From contig JAKIMF020000005.1 of the NCBI GenBank assembly GCA_022605425.2, forward strand, positions 868,001 through 932,000: DNA of 64,000 nucleotides, given 5' to 3'. Positions 1 through 9,867 of the stretch are shown here, one piece after another; positions within the stretch are counted from its first letter, which is position 1; each line of letters begins with the position of its first letter. The position numbers and the translations under genes are program-made. This DNA comes from Hamiltosporidium tvaerminnensis FI-OER-3-3. Its lineage: Eukaryota; Fungi; Microsporidia. The notes below the pieces were generated by a model. It did no database searches, had not been told where the DNA came from, and saw only the letters and a program-made list of their open reading frames with translations.

Positions 1-1
1 T

Positions 2-2170
2 ACATTCTTTGGTCATTGAATTATTTAATCGGTAATTCTTTTGACTTTTTACTTGGTTATCTGATGTATTATCTGACGTATGAACTGATGTATTAACTGG
101 TATATTATCTGATGTATGAACTGATGTATGAACTGATGTATTAACTGATGTATTATCTGATGTATTAACTGGTATATTTGATATTTTTGTTTTTTGTGAA
201 TTTAGGTTGAGGAAATTATGGTTTTTATTTTTTAAAAATGATTCTTCAAAAAAAATCGTAATTTTTTCACATTTTTTAAAAATTATGCCACCGCCTTTAC
301 TTCCTACAAATATAAATCCAGAAAAACATACCAAATAACACAAAGCAGCAACAGAAATCTGAAAAAGTAAATTAAATTTCCCGTTTTTTTTCTTTAAATT
401 ATATTTGTTCCCAAACGCATAAACAAAAAATCTATATAAGTATTTCACTGCATAAAAAAAATGTTTTTTTTTCGATCTCAACAGAATTAAGATTCCAATC
501 AAAGATAAATAATTGTCTACAAAATAAAATCTTAAAATAAATCCAAATATACCACACAAAATACAATTGAAAAACATAAAAGATAAAATTCTACCAACTC
601 CTTTCACATAACTTAAAGTTAAAACACAATCATCAAGTGATTTAAACAAAAAACCATAAAAATTGCTCTCAGAAATATTTGTACAGATTAATAACACCCT
701 ATTGGTTGTACTGGCCATAAAATGACCCAAAACTAAATTATAAACAAAAAAAGTTTCTTTTTTCCCCACATTTTTAAACCAATAAAACACACCGAATAAA
801 ACATACGGCATAAAAATTTTCTCTAGAAAATAAAAATTTCCTACTTTTACACATAAACTTGATATTTTCAAAATATTTTTATAAGAATTTTCTTCTTTAA
901 AAATTTTAAAATATAAAAATCGTAAAACAAAATAAATGATTGAATTGCTTATAAAAATAGAAAGTAAAATTCTCGTTGAAATACTTCTAATGAAAGATTC
1001 TAAAATATTATTTATCTTAAGAATTGGAAATATAAATACTAATAAAATAGAAACATTAAAAATTAAAGATATGAAAGGATAAACACCAAATCCAAATTCC
1101 TTTTCATTAACACGTGTATTTGTTGAAACTTCTGAAGTATTGCTTTCTATTTCTTCGTTATTTTCAAAAACAATTTCTTCATGATTTGATATTTGTGGTT
1201 TGAATTCATTTTTATTTTTTAAGGGACTTGGGTGAATATAGGCTGTTTCAAAGATTTTATCATCTTGTATAACTTCATTTTCTAAACACTCGTGTTTAGA
1301 TATGTCATTAGAATCAGTTTCAAGTATTTTTGAATCAAAAATATTTCTTTTAAATTCATCTTCTTTTCTAGAAACCATGATTTTGTCTCGTGCATTTCTA
1401 TTTTTTGTTTCTGAAAAAATACTAGAAATTTTATCAGAATCTTCAGCTCCAATTTTATTTAAACCTGAAAAATCACCATCTTTAGAATATAATGATTCAT
1501 TAAATGCTATATCATTAAAAATATCCGTAATAGAATTATCGTTACTACAGAGACTTACAGCACCTTCTAAACACGAACCTTGTTTATTTTCTTGTAAAAT
1601 TCTTATCTTTTTCATTGCATATTCTGTATTTAAAACTGGTGGATACAATCTATCAAGAACATATTTTGTGTAGCATTTGGATATTCTATGGTAAAAAAGG
1701 AAAAGAAGGTAAGAAATAACTGTGATAAAAATACCGGGTAACGTATTTAGAACAAACTCGGATGTATTTTCATTTCTTTCTAAATATTTGAAATCTATTT
1801 TGTATTTATCTGAACATATTTGTTTAAAAATATATAAAAATGTAGATTCAGATGTTAAAATATGAGTATAAGACGACAAAAATATTTCTTTTATGGTAAA
1901 AGAAGATAAAAAAATATTAAAAATCCAAAAAACTGATAAAATTAGAAATCTGAATATAGAGGAAGGAAAATATTGTGCAGAAGCCTTATACCTATATTTG
2001 TATTGGCATATTTCACAGGATATCGGCGTTTGACTCTTTGTTGCAAACCACTGTATTAAACAACTTTCATGTACGTATTTTTGTGTTCCTGAACATTTAC
2101 AAGGATGAAATAATGGTTTGTTCTGCATGGATGGAAGAAAGCATATCTTACATGTCTGTGGACTGTGCAT
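2..2170 (-). CDS. RING-CH (RINGv) multi-pass membrane E3 ubiquitin ligase, Doa10/SSM4/MARCH6-like; 3' end runs off the window start
   Basis: Manual translation from ATG at 2170: MHSPQTCKICFLPSMQNKPLFHPCKCSGTQKYVHESCLIQWFATKSQTPISCEICQYKY, a C4HC3 RING-CH pattern, followed by many hydrophobic segments. The same frame is open in the stretches I translated (2170 to ~1800 and the window start). Absence from the ORF track fits an ORF with no stop in the window. CCC motif 4-6 nt upstream of the ATG. Confidence 0.88.
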   Translation of the reverse strand, partial: MHSPQTCKICFLPSMQNKPLFHPCKCSGTQKYVHESCLIQWFATKSQTPISCEICQYKYRYKASAQYFPSSIFRFLILSVFWIFNIFLSSFTIKEIFLSSYTHILTSESTFLYIFKQICSDKYKIDFKYLERNENTSEFVLNTLPGIFITVISYLLFLFYHRISKCYTKYVLDRLYPPVLNTEYAMKKIRILQENKQGSCLEGAVSLCSNDNSITDIFNDIAFNESLYSKDGDFSGLNKIGAEDSDKISSIFSETKNRNARDKIMVSRKEDEFKRNIFDSKILETDSNDISKHECLENEVIQDDKIFETAYIHPSPLKNKNEFKPQISNHEEIVFENNEEIESNTSEVSTNTRVNEKEFGFGVYPFISLIFNVSILLVFIFPILKINNILESFIRSISTRILLSIFISNSIIYFVLRFLYFKIFKEENSYKNILKISSLCVKVGNFYFLEKIFMPYVLFGVFYWFKNVGKKETFFVYNLVLGHFMASTTNRVLLICTNISESNFYGFLFKSLDDCVLTLSYVKGVGRILSFMFFNCILCGIFGFILRFYFVDNYLSLIGILILLRSKKKHFFYAVKYLYRFFVYAFGNKYNLKKKNGKFNLLFQISVAALCYLVCFSGFIFVGSKGGGIIFKKCEKITIFFEESFLKNKNHNFLNLNSQKTKISNIPVNTSDNTSVNTSVHTSVHTSDNIPVNTSVHTSDNTSDNQVKSQKNYRLNNSMTKEC
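61..180. repeat. 12-bp coding minisatellite, 10 copies (CTGATGTAT[T/G]A[A/T]), encoding (D/V)(N/H)TS repeats in the RING-CH protein
   Basis: Directly visible tandem units starting at 61, 73, 85 ... 169. Confidence 0.9.
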
Positions 2171-2344
2171 AATGGGTGATATTTTTTGTAATAAATTTTT
2201 AATTAAATCGATTTTTATTAAATAACGGATTAAAGAAGAAAAAAAAATATTTTAAAATTTTTTTATTTGATAGAAATGTCAGAAAAAAAAATTTATATTT
2301 GATAACTGTAAAAAGAAAAGAGTTTGGAAAGAAAAAAGTATGGA

Positions 2345-2442
2345 ATGAAAAAATGTATAAAAATAAGAAAAAATGTATAAAAACAAGAATAACTTATAAA
2401 AACAAGAATAACTTTATGAAAACAAGAAAAATGTATAAAATA
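2345..2442. repeat. Degenerate A-rich tandem repeat (~19-20 bp, TATAAAAACAAGAA core) upstream of the RING-CH gene
   Basis: aaaatgtataaaaataagaa / aaaatgtataaaaacaagaa / taacttataaaaacaagaa / taactttatgaaaacaagaa. Confidence 0.6.
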
Positions 2443-4685
2443 TAATTTTAGAATTTTTTACACAACGTAAAAAACTACAGAAAATTGACTAAATAACTCC
2501 AAAGAGCTACAGCTCTAAAGACAGAAAAAAAGTAAGAGATTTTAAGAATTATTAAATTTAGAAAAAAAAATATTTAACTATTTTTTTAGAAAAAAATTAA
2601 GATCGGTCTTTGTGATTTGAATTATTTGACGTTTAACGATAAAAATGGTTTTGAATTATTTAATAATAAGTTACAAGTTTTAATTCTGATACTTACTTTG
2701 AAATAAAAAATTTGATTTGAAAAGCTTAAATAACTTATTAAATATAAAAATTAAAATATATATGGATACAGCATTATATAAAAAAATCTATAATTGTTTT
2801 ACTAAATAATATATAATTTATTATTTATCATTATTTAGAGACATAGTCTATAGAAGGGAATATTTAGATTTTCATTTGAGTTTTTATGTTGAAATGTCTT
2901 TTTGTATTTTAAATTGAAGCCTTTTGTTCAAATATATTGTCTTCGAATTAAAAGAAAGTATAAATCATATAAATATTTCTATATAATCTTTTAAATAGTA
3001 AGTTGTATCTTTAAGAGTGTATGTGTCGCGTGTGTACTTATTTGGATTTAAAGAATATGATTTTGCGACTTTTATCGGTATTTATTATTTGTCTAATCTT
3101 GTTTAATAATCAATAATTTATAAAATACACTTTTAAAACTATTACTCAGCTTTATTTTAAATCAAATATTTTATTCTTTTTTTATTTATTCTGTCCTATT
3201 TAGAAAAATTAACTTTAATTATATTTAACCGAATAATTCCAATCTAAATTTTATAAGGTTTGCCTTATTTGAGAAATAGAAACGGTTTTTAGAGATTCTT
3301 GTTCTTTACCAAATTAATAATTTAAATAATAACTCTTATTGATACAAGCTGATATATTTAATTTGATATTTATTACATAATCGAGGTTTTTACGAAGATG
3401 GCGACAAAATGGTAAATCGGTTCGAAGAAATTAAGGCTCCACAATAGTATTCCGATTAATAATATGTTTTATATGATTCGTTAATAGCTCTTGCACAGCC
3501 AACAAGAGTGTGCAGTCGTAGAAATTGCCATATTTAAAACGATTGGTTAACTTAGAAAAAAATTTGTATTGAATAATATTAAACATCTTCTCTAGATTGT
3601 ACTAAATCATAAGAATAACAACAATATTTTTATTCTACTGTTTTAAAGTATATTTAATTAATTTACGTTTCTCAGATAATAATTTGGAGTTTTTTTATGA
3701 TACATAATCGATTATTTGATAGAAGAAGTACTTTCTGTCGTCTGTCTTTGCATTTTATTTATATACTCAATAATATTCGCACAAAACAATTATTGCCTGG
3801 TTACTCGGTCGAATTTTATATTAAAGTAGTGTAGTATTTTCCATGGAAATATTAAGTATTATGATTTATTTTTACTGACAAATTCATCGTGCCGTATAAG
3901 AAAAACGGTTTTTTAAGTTAAAGAAAATCTCAGATTAATAAACTCAAAATAAACGAAAACTTTTTGCTATAAAAACTGATACAATCTAACAGAAAATAAT
4001 AATCAATACTCAAGAAAAAAGATTAAGCAATTAAAAAAGAAGAGGAAAATAATACGAATAACAAACCTTAGATTTTATTGAGACGATCAAGATGGCTATA
4101 GATGCATATATGATTGACTTTAAAAAATATAAGTGTACAGTTTGATGAGAATATGTAATCTTAAATAAAAAGATCGAGAAATTAAGAACAGATAGCGAAG
4201 TTTAGAAGATTAATCCACACATCGCGTTTTAATTTTTTTTTTATAAATTTAACAACTTATTTAATTTGCTTTAATACAGCTCGGATAGGTGGTTGTCTCA
4301 TACAAGTTTGGAAAAATTTTTTTAGTAAAAAGGGGCTTTTTTGACTCATTTCTTCCCAAAGGGCTGACCACAGTAGTGCTTAGGTTCGTCTTCTACATGT
4401 TTAATAGCTAGTACAGGACAAATAAATATAAATCGAAATTTCAAAATTCAATTATATGTCTTCATATTCTACTTATTTCATGAAAACTATTTAATAATAG
4501 ATTTTTATTCGTTTTGAAGACTTGAATTTATATTCATTTACGAGTAGTAGATATAAAGACATTAAATATTGATTTGGACATCAATATAAGCATCTATAAG
4601 TAACATTAAAGGCAAGTCATCAAATATTTCGATACAAAATGACACAATTTAAAACGATTTTGTTGTATAATCTACAATACATTTT

Positions 4686-4921
4686 CCCCACCATGCCGGG
4701 AGCAGAATTGACTTGGATTATTCTCTGCTTGTCGTAAGAGGCGACTAAAAAGGACTGATCCTTCATGTTGGGATTCGGTGTAGGGCTAACAACTCCCCCT
4801 TTAAACTACCTTGTTACGAAACCCGATATGTAAACAAACCCACTGGAAAAAGACCAGTAGGCGATATTACTAAGGGAGGCCAAGGCTCGCACAGGGCTGT
4901 AGTGCCAAGGATGGATGAATG
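4686..4921 (+). mobile_element. 236-bp non-autonomous bipartite RTE-like retroelement (RTE 5'UTR-like motif joined to an RTE-like 3' end)
   Basis: GC-rich island flanked by 17-bp direct repeats with 15/17 identity (AATCTACAATACATTTT 4669-4685; AATCTGCATTACATTTT 4922-4938). Ends GAGGCCAAGGCTCGCACAGGGCTGTAGTGCCAA plus a (GGAT/GAAT)n tail. The 5' part has CTGCTTGTCGTAAGAGGCGACTAAAAAGG and GGGCTAACAACTCC...TTGTTACGAAAC, motifs I recall from RTE-clade 5'UTRs. Confidence 0.72.
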
Positions 4922-5507
4922 AATCTGCATTACATTTTGAATCCGGATTGGAAAAACAAAGATTTTAATTGTCTTTAATTAATTATTTACTTGCCAAGAT
5001 AACAAAGATTGTTGTACAGGAAAAACTGATTTTCTTCATATTACAACTTTAAATGCGTTTTTTCTTGTGATACTTTATATAGAAGATTAAGACTGTTTAA
5101 TTTTAGTTATTTACTTGGTCTGAGAATGGTGTTAAATTGATTATCTAAAACTTTAATAAAAAAACAAAGACTAAACTATTGTTGGTTACACTATCAGGCT
5201 TGTTATGGTTTTTATTCGTTAATAGCCATTCAACTCTAAATTTAGGCTATGTGTAGTTAAAATCGACAGAATTTTCTTATTAAAATAATACAGAATTACG
5301 AAGTTTTTGTAGATTCACTCAAAAATATATTGCGATCAAAATCTAGACAAAAAATATTTGAAACCACAATTAAATGATAAATTTCCACATTCAGAAATTT
5401 ATTAACTTGATTTGCTAAAATGGAGTTGTCTATATAGTTTTGGATTGAATAATCGTAACATACAAAATATTTTTACAATACCCCCTTTAATTTAAAAAAA
5501 TAAATTT

Positions 5508-5846
5508 ATGAATCGTAAACTAGAAAAAAATAAGAAAATAAAATTTAGAAGAACTTCAAATCTAAATAATACAAACAATTATTTACTTAAAAATATCAAA
5601 GATTTAAATTTAAATGTGAACAATTCTAAACCATCATATGAATTTCTTTTAAATGAAGGTAAGAAATTTTCTATGTATTTTTCCAAGTTCAATAATACAA
5701 ATAAATATTCTGAATTTGTAACAACAGTTGTATTAAATCTTTTAGACAATTGTTCTGGGGATATTTATATGAATGTAAGTAATAGAATAAGAAAAATTGG
5801 CAGTAAAAAACTTATCGAGGAGCAAGAATATTCAGATGAGTTTTGA
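5508..5846 (+). CDS. 112-aa protein; candidate highly reduced eIF3j/Hcr1
   Basis: ATG ORF with CCCCC at 5481-5485 upstream. The segment GKKF...YSEFVTTVVLNLL...VSNRIRKIGSKK and the terminal YSDEF match, by eye, the helical and acidic-aromatic C-terminal pattern of eIF3j. Confidence 0.6.
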   Translation: MNRKLEKNKKIKFRRTSNLNNTNNYLLKNIKDLNLNVNNSKPSYEFLLNEGKKFSMYFSKFNNTNKYSEFVTTVVLNLLDNCSGDIYMNVSNRIRKIGSKKLIEEQEYSDEF

Positions 5847-5884
5847 AATTAATAATTTAATTTTATTGTTGTTTAGCCAAGAGC

Positions 5885-6160
5885 TTTGCATAGTCTCGGA
5901 AGGGAGCTTCGGCCTTTAATCACACTCCATGCAACGGACATTAACGAACTCCGGGCAACTGCCTCGCCTATTAATCGGGTTTTACACACTTGGTAGATGA
6001 AAGGCTTTGGGATGTAGGTATCACAGGGGGTACCGATGGAGTGTTGCGGTAGCGGTTATTTATGTTAAACCTAGAACTGCTTTAATGTCATGAAAACAGA
6101 TATAACACTTGCCACTATTTTAAAAAGATGTGATACTTTTAAATAAAGTTTTTACGATTA
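5885..6160 (+). mobile_element. Truncated copy of a non-coding repeat family (longer copy at 60170-60906, opposite strand)
   Basis: Roughly 80% similar by eye to the reverse complement of 60175-60455, e.g. CCATGCAACG.ACATTAACGAACTC, GGTAGATGAAA.GCTTTG..ATGTAGGTATC.CAGGGGGTAC, TATAACACTTGCCACT.TTTTAAAAAGATGTGATA. Both copies end at the same point. Confidence 0.7.
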
Positions 6161-7359
6161 AAAGTTTTGACAAGCTTTATTTTCAAATTTTACTGCTTAC
6201 GTAGTTTATAATTTAAGATAGGTAATGATTTGTAATTTAAACAAATATTTTCTCTTTTCAGTTTGTTTAAAAATTACCAGCAAAATATCAATTAGATTAA
6301 AAAAAATAAAATGTTTATTTTTTATTTCAGCTGATTGGTAGGTCAAATAAGCCAATAGGAAAAAAAATTAGAGTAAGATATGCGAATATTAATTTTATCA
6401 AAGGAAGGGCATTTTCAACTTAATATTTCTACAAAGAGTTATCTCTAGTGTTGTAAATTATAGAATTTTTATATCAATTTTTAGTTGAAATAATCATTTC
6501 GAGGATCAAACTGTTTCAAAACCATTTTTATTTCTAATTTTTTTAAATTAAAGTTGTGTAAAAAGAATGACAAAATTAAAAATATTCTGCTTGGTAATGA
6601 TAAAATCAGACTGGGATGTAAGTCATTGTTTTGATTTTTGATTCAGTGATAATCAAAGTCAGTTCTCATTTTTTTCTAGGATTTTGTTTAAGTAAAATAT
6701 AATCTACAAAACAGTTAAAGTTTTTCTAATAGGAGGTTTGTAGTTTGTTTATGTAGTCATTTAGGAAACACGACTAAACCTGTGGATAATTGTTAACTAA
6801 AATAATGGAAAACTAGCTTTGCTTACCTGGAAAGAAAATTTGGTGTCTGACAGATACAAAAACAAACCCCTTTTAAAAAGGAAGGAGATCAAATAGTGGG
6901 TGATATTTGTCAGTATGACATTAAACCGTCTAGTATGACTCCATGAAGTCTCCGAGATATTCTAGCTAGCATTCTATGAGGTTCGCAAAATATTGAATAT
7001 CTGGGAATGATGCTGGTCTTGTGAAACCCAAAGTGAAGATCGACATGCAATAGCACCCATGAAACAATATCAACGAACACCGAGCAACTGACTCGTTGAT
7101 TAAATGTATTTTTCACACTTTGAAGTGTGAATCTTTAAGATTTAGGACTTAGGTTATCTCAATAGATATTTTTTCGGGGAAGAGAGAGCATTTATCTATT
7201 TTGAAACTGAATCGCGTAATCTCATTGAAAAAATATAAAAAATATGCCTTTTTTTTGCAAAATGTGACGTTTAGCAACAAAATAATTTTTCGTTTCATTT
7301 AAAAACGCGTTTAGGTTTACAAATTTTATATTAAAGCAGATCCAATTTTTTCAAAGAGT

Positions 7360-7653
7360 CTTTGATTCTTATTTATCTTTGTTGGATTTTAAGTATCATA
7401 CATTTGAAAAAATTCAATTTGAATTTAAATGCAATTTTGATCTATGCAACTCTACTGGCATCGAAACTCGTGGTTTTATATTTTTTTGTATTTAGTTTAG
7501 ATTTAAAGTCTCGTATTTTTAGATTTAAAGGTATAGCCTTTTGCCAAGGTTCTATAAATTTTTCAAAAAATATTTTCATTTTGTCGTCAAAATGTTTTAA
7601 ATAAATTATTAATTATATTAAATCGTAATAAACAATCAATTATATGCTATAAG
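7360..7653. repeat. Old, diverged outward extension of the left palindrome arm (partner 60907-61205)
   Basis: Reverse-complement similarity of roughly 75% by eye, e.g. CCAAGGTTCTATAAATTTTTC and CAATTATATGCTATAAG. Confidence 0.75.
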
Positions 7654-8789
7654 ATTTTGAATTAATTTAAACTAAAAGCAAAAATTAATTAAAAATACTT
7701 CAAAGCTTTTTTAAGAATAGAAATTCAAGTTAAAAAATTAATCACTATGTAACATAATTTGACGTATGAGAATCTATAGATTTGATGAAATAATGTATAA
7801 AGATACTATAATTACTATTATCTTGCTTTAATTTACATGTTTAAAAGGCTTAATATATTTTTAATTACGTTTTCTAATTTCTATATGAATTTATTCAAAT
7901 TTTCACAAAGTATTTAAAATAAAAATATAATTTGTAGGCTTGGCGTAGAATTTTTAAAAAAGAAGACCCTATAAATCTACTAAAAAAATATTCTAAATAT
8001 TTAGTAGAATTAAATATTCGTTAGAAAAATTTAAAGGGCATGCTATTTTCATTATTAATAATATCGGATTCTAATCAATTTAGTTTATAATACTTAGATT
8101 AAGAATAAAAAATTATTCGAAATATATTTATGATTCTTTGAATTTAATCGAGAACAATTATATAATATATATTTATTAATTTAAAAAAATATTATTTAAG
8201 CATTTACAAGGAGTATTTCTCGGTTAAAATATAGTTGAATAAATGAATAGAATAGACAGGCACATATATTTTTTAATAAAAATAGAATTAAGATTGAGAT
8301 GAATAAAAGAATAATCAAAGGAATATAAACAATATGAAATTAAAACATATACGCAGTTAACTTTGGTAAATATTAAAGGTAGAATAATTCCTAAATTTAG
8401 TTATAAATTGAAATCAGAATTCATTAAATTTAAATTACGAAACGAAAATTTATTCCCACGAGATAATTATATAATCAGTAGTTAATTTCGAGTTTATGAT
8501 GCTTCTGAAATACAAAAAATTCTAAGTTTTGACTTTTCTGTGTGAATATAAGAAAAACGAGTAATTTTATAAGAATAGATAGATCTTTAGTTTATTTTTT
8601 TGTTTCTTGTCAATAAGAGGATTTCCGGTTCTAAAATAATAAAAAAAACATTTTTCGATGGCTAAAAAATGGAGTTTTTATTAAAAAATATTAATTCTCA
8701 AGAAATCTATTTGAATAAAGTCGCGAAAGGCAAGACAAAAAATTGTAAATTATAAAATTAAAATTTATTTTTACATACTTGAATATACT

Positions 8790-9455
8790 TCAATATTGTT
8801 TTAGTAATTCAGTATCTGTTATTACTTTATTTTGATTTGCAATATTTTTTATAAAATTTGCAATTATAAGTATTTTTTTCATATTTTTGTAATTTAAATC
8901 ATCAGATCCGATCCATATGAATCCATTTACCCCGATAATTATTTCTATGCTTTCTATTTTAAGAAATTGTGTTTTATATCTTGTAACCAGCATTGCAGGT
9001 ACTTCTAATACCAATCCATTGGTTAATTTTTTATATTTTTCATTTCTTGTATGTAATGAGATATTTCCTGATTTATTGATTTTTTGTACTTCAGCAACTA
9101 AAATATCATTTATATCAAAATATTCTCGCATTTTCATTTCATCGGAATACATTTTTCTCCTTTGAACCGAACCCGGAAGATTTATAGCAGATAATTGTAA
9201 TGTTGATTCAGCCTTTGAATTCATTTCAACTTTCCATTTTTTATTTCCAATCATCGTAATTCGTCCTATAATAACATCTCCAACTTCTGGATTGTATCTA
9301 AAATCAATAACAGGCTGAACAGTCATTAACTTATCAATTACAACCAAGTTACCATACAAAGATGAATATAAACCATTATTCTCTTGATAAGAACCATGAC
9401 CATTTATATAACCTTCTATTGTTGGCATTTTTTCACCAGGAAGAAATTTTGTCAT
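8790..9455 (-). CDS. RRP4: Exosome complex component Rrp4 (EXOSC2), copy 1
   Basis: GHGSY N-terminal motif; S1 domain YNPEVGDVIIGRI...WKVEMNS...LQLSAINLPGSVQRRK...ILVAEVQ; KH-like IIIGVNGFIWI. Confidence 0.93.
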   Translation of the reverse strand: MTKFLPGEKMPTIEGYINGHGSYQENNGLYSSLYGNLVVIDKLMTVQPVIDFRYNPEVGDVIIGRITMIGNKKWKVEMNSKAESTLQLSAINLPGSVQRRKMYSDEMKMREYFDINDILVAEVQKINKSGNISLHTRNEKYKKLTNGLVLEVPAMLVTRYKTQFLKIESIEIIIGVNGFIWIGSDDLNYKNMKKILIIANFIKNIANQNKVITDTELLKQY

Positions 9456-9867
9456 TTCAGCGGTAAAAATATTTAAAAAATCTTTTTTTATTTTTCTTGA
9501 AAATTTTTGTAAAAGTTATTGTGCAAGAAAAAAGCCGAAACAAAAATTTTAGAAGGCTCGTTTATTTAAAAAGGTATAAAATATTTATAAGAATTAACGA
9601 AGAAATCAAAGTTAAGATAATTTTAATTAACAATGTAGATCGTTTATTGCGAAAAAACTTGTAATAACCGAATAAAAAATCATAAGCCATTACAAATGCT
9701 CAAATAATCTTCTAAAAAATCCGAAAACAATGTTTATAATATAAATATATCATCTAGACAATTATCTTCACATATAAAACAGATATGCGTTGTATTATTA
9801 AAAATATTCTGCGAAACGTAAAGAAGTAAACCCAATTTAACAATTAAAGACTTGCTTACCCTTCCCG
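9456..9867. promoter_or_regulatory. Divergent (head-to-head) intergenic promoter region of RRP4 and the SMARCAL1-like gene
   Basis: 412 bp between two divergent ATGs; CCCTTCCC immediately before the helicase ATG (microsporidian CCC-like initiation motif). Confidence 0.6.

Noticed and set aside
61-180. Regular short repeats resembling a CRISPR or telomeric array
   Set aside because: No spacers; this is an in-frame 12-bp coding minisatellite in a eukaryotic gene.
1302-1673. Plus-strand ORFs 1302-1673 and 1975-2172; also 8917-9165, 10752-10994, 62928-63200 and the minus-strand ORFs in the LINE
   Set aside because: Antisense shadows of real genes or elements on the opposite strand.
4700-4755. 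Canonical HDV-like ribozyme fold (P1 GAGCAGA/TCTGCTT with a G-U pair, then ACTAA)
   Set aside because: The 17 nt inside P1 cannot form P2/P3/L3; kept only as an unclassified structured motif.
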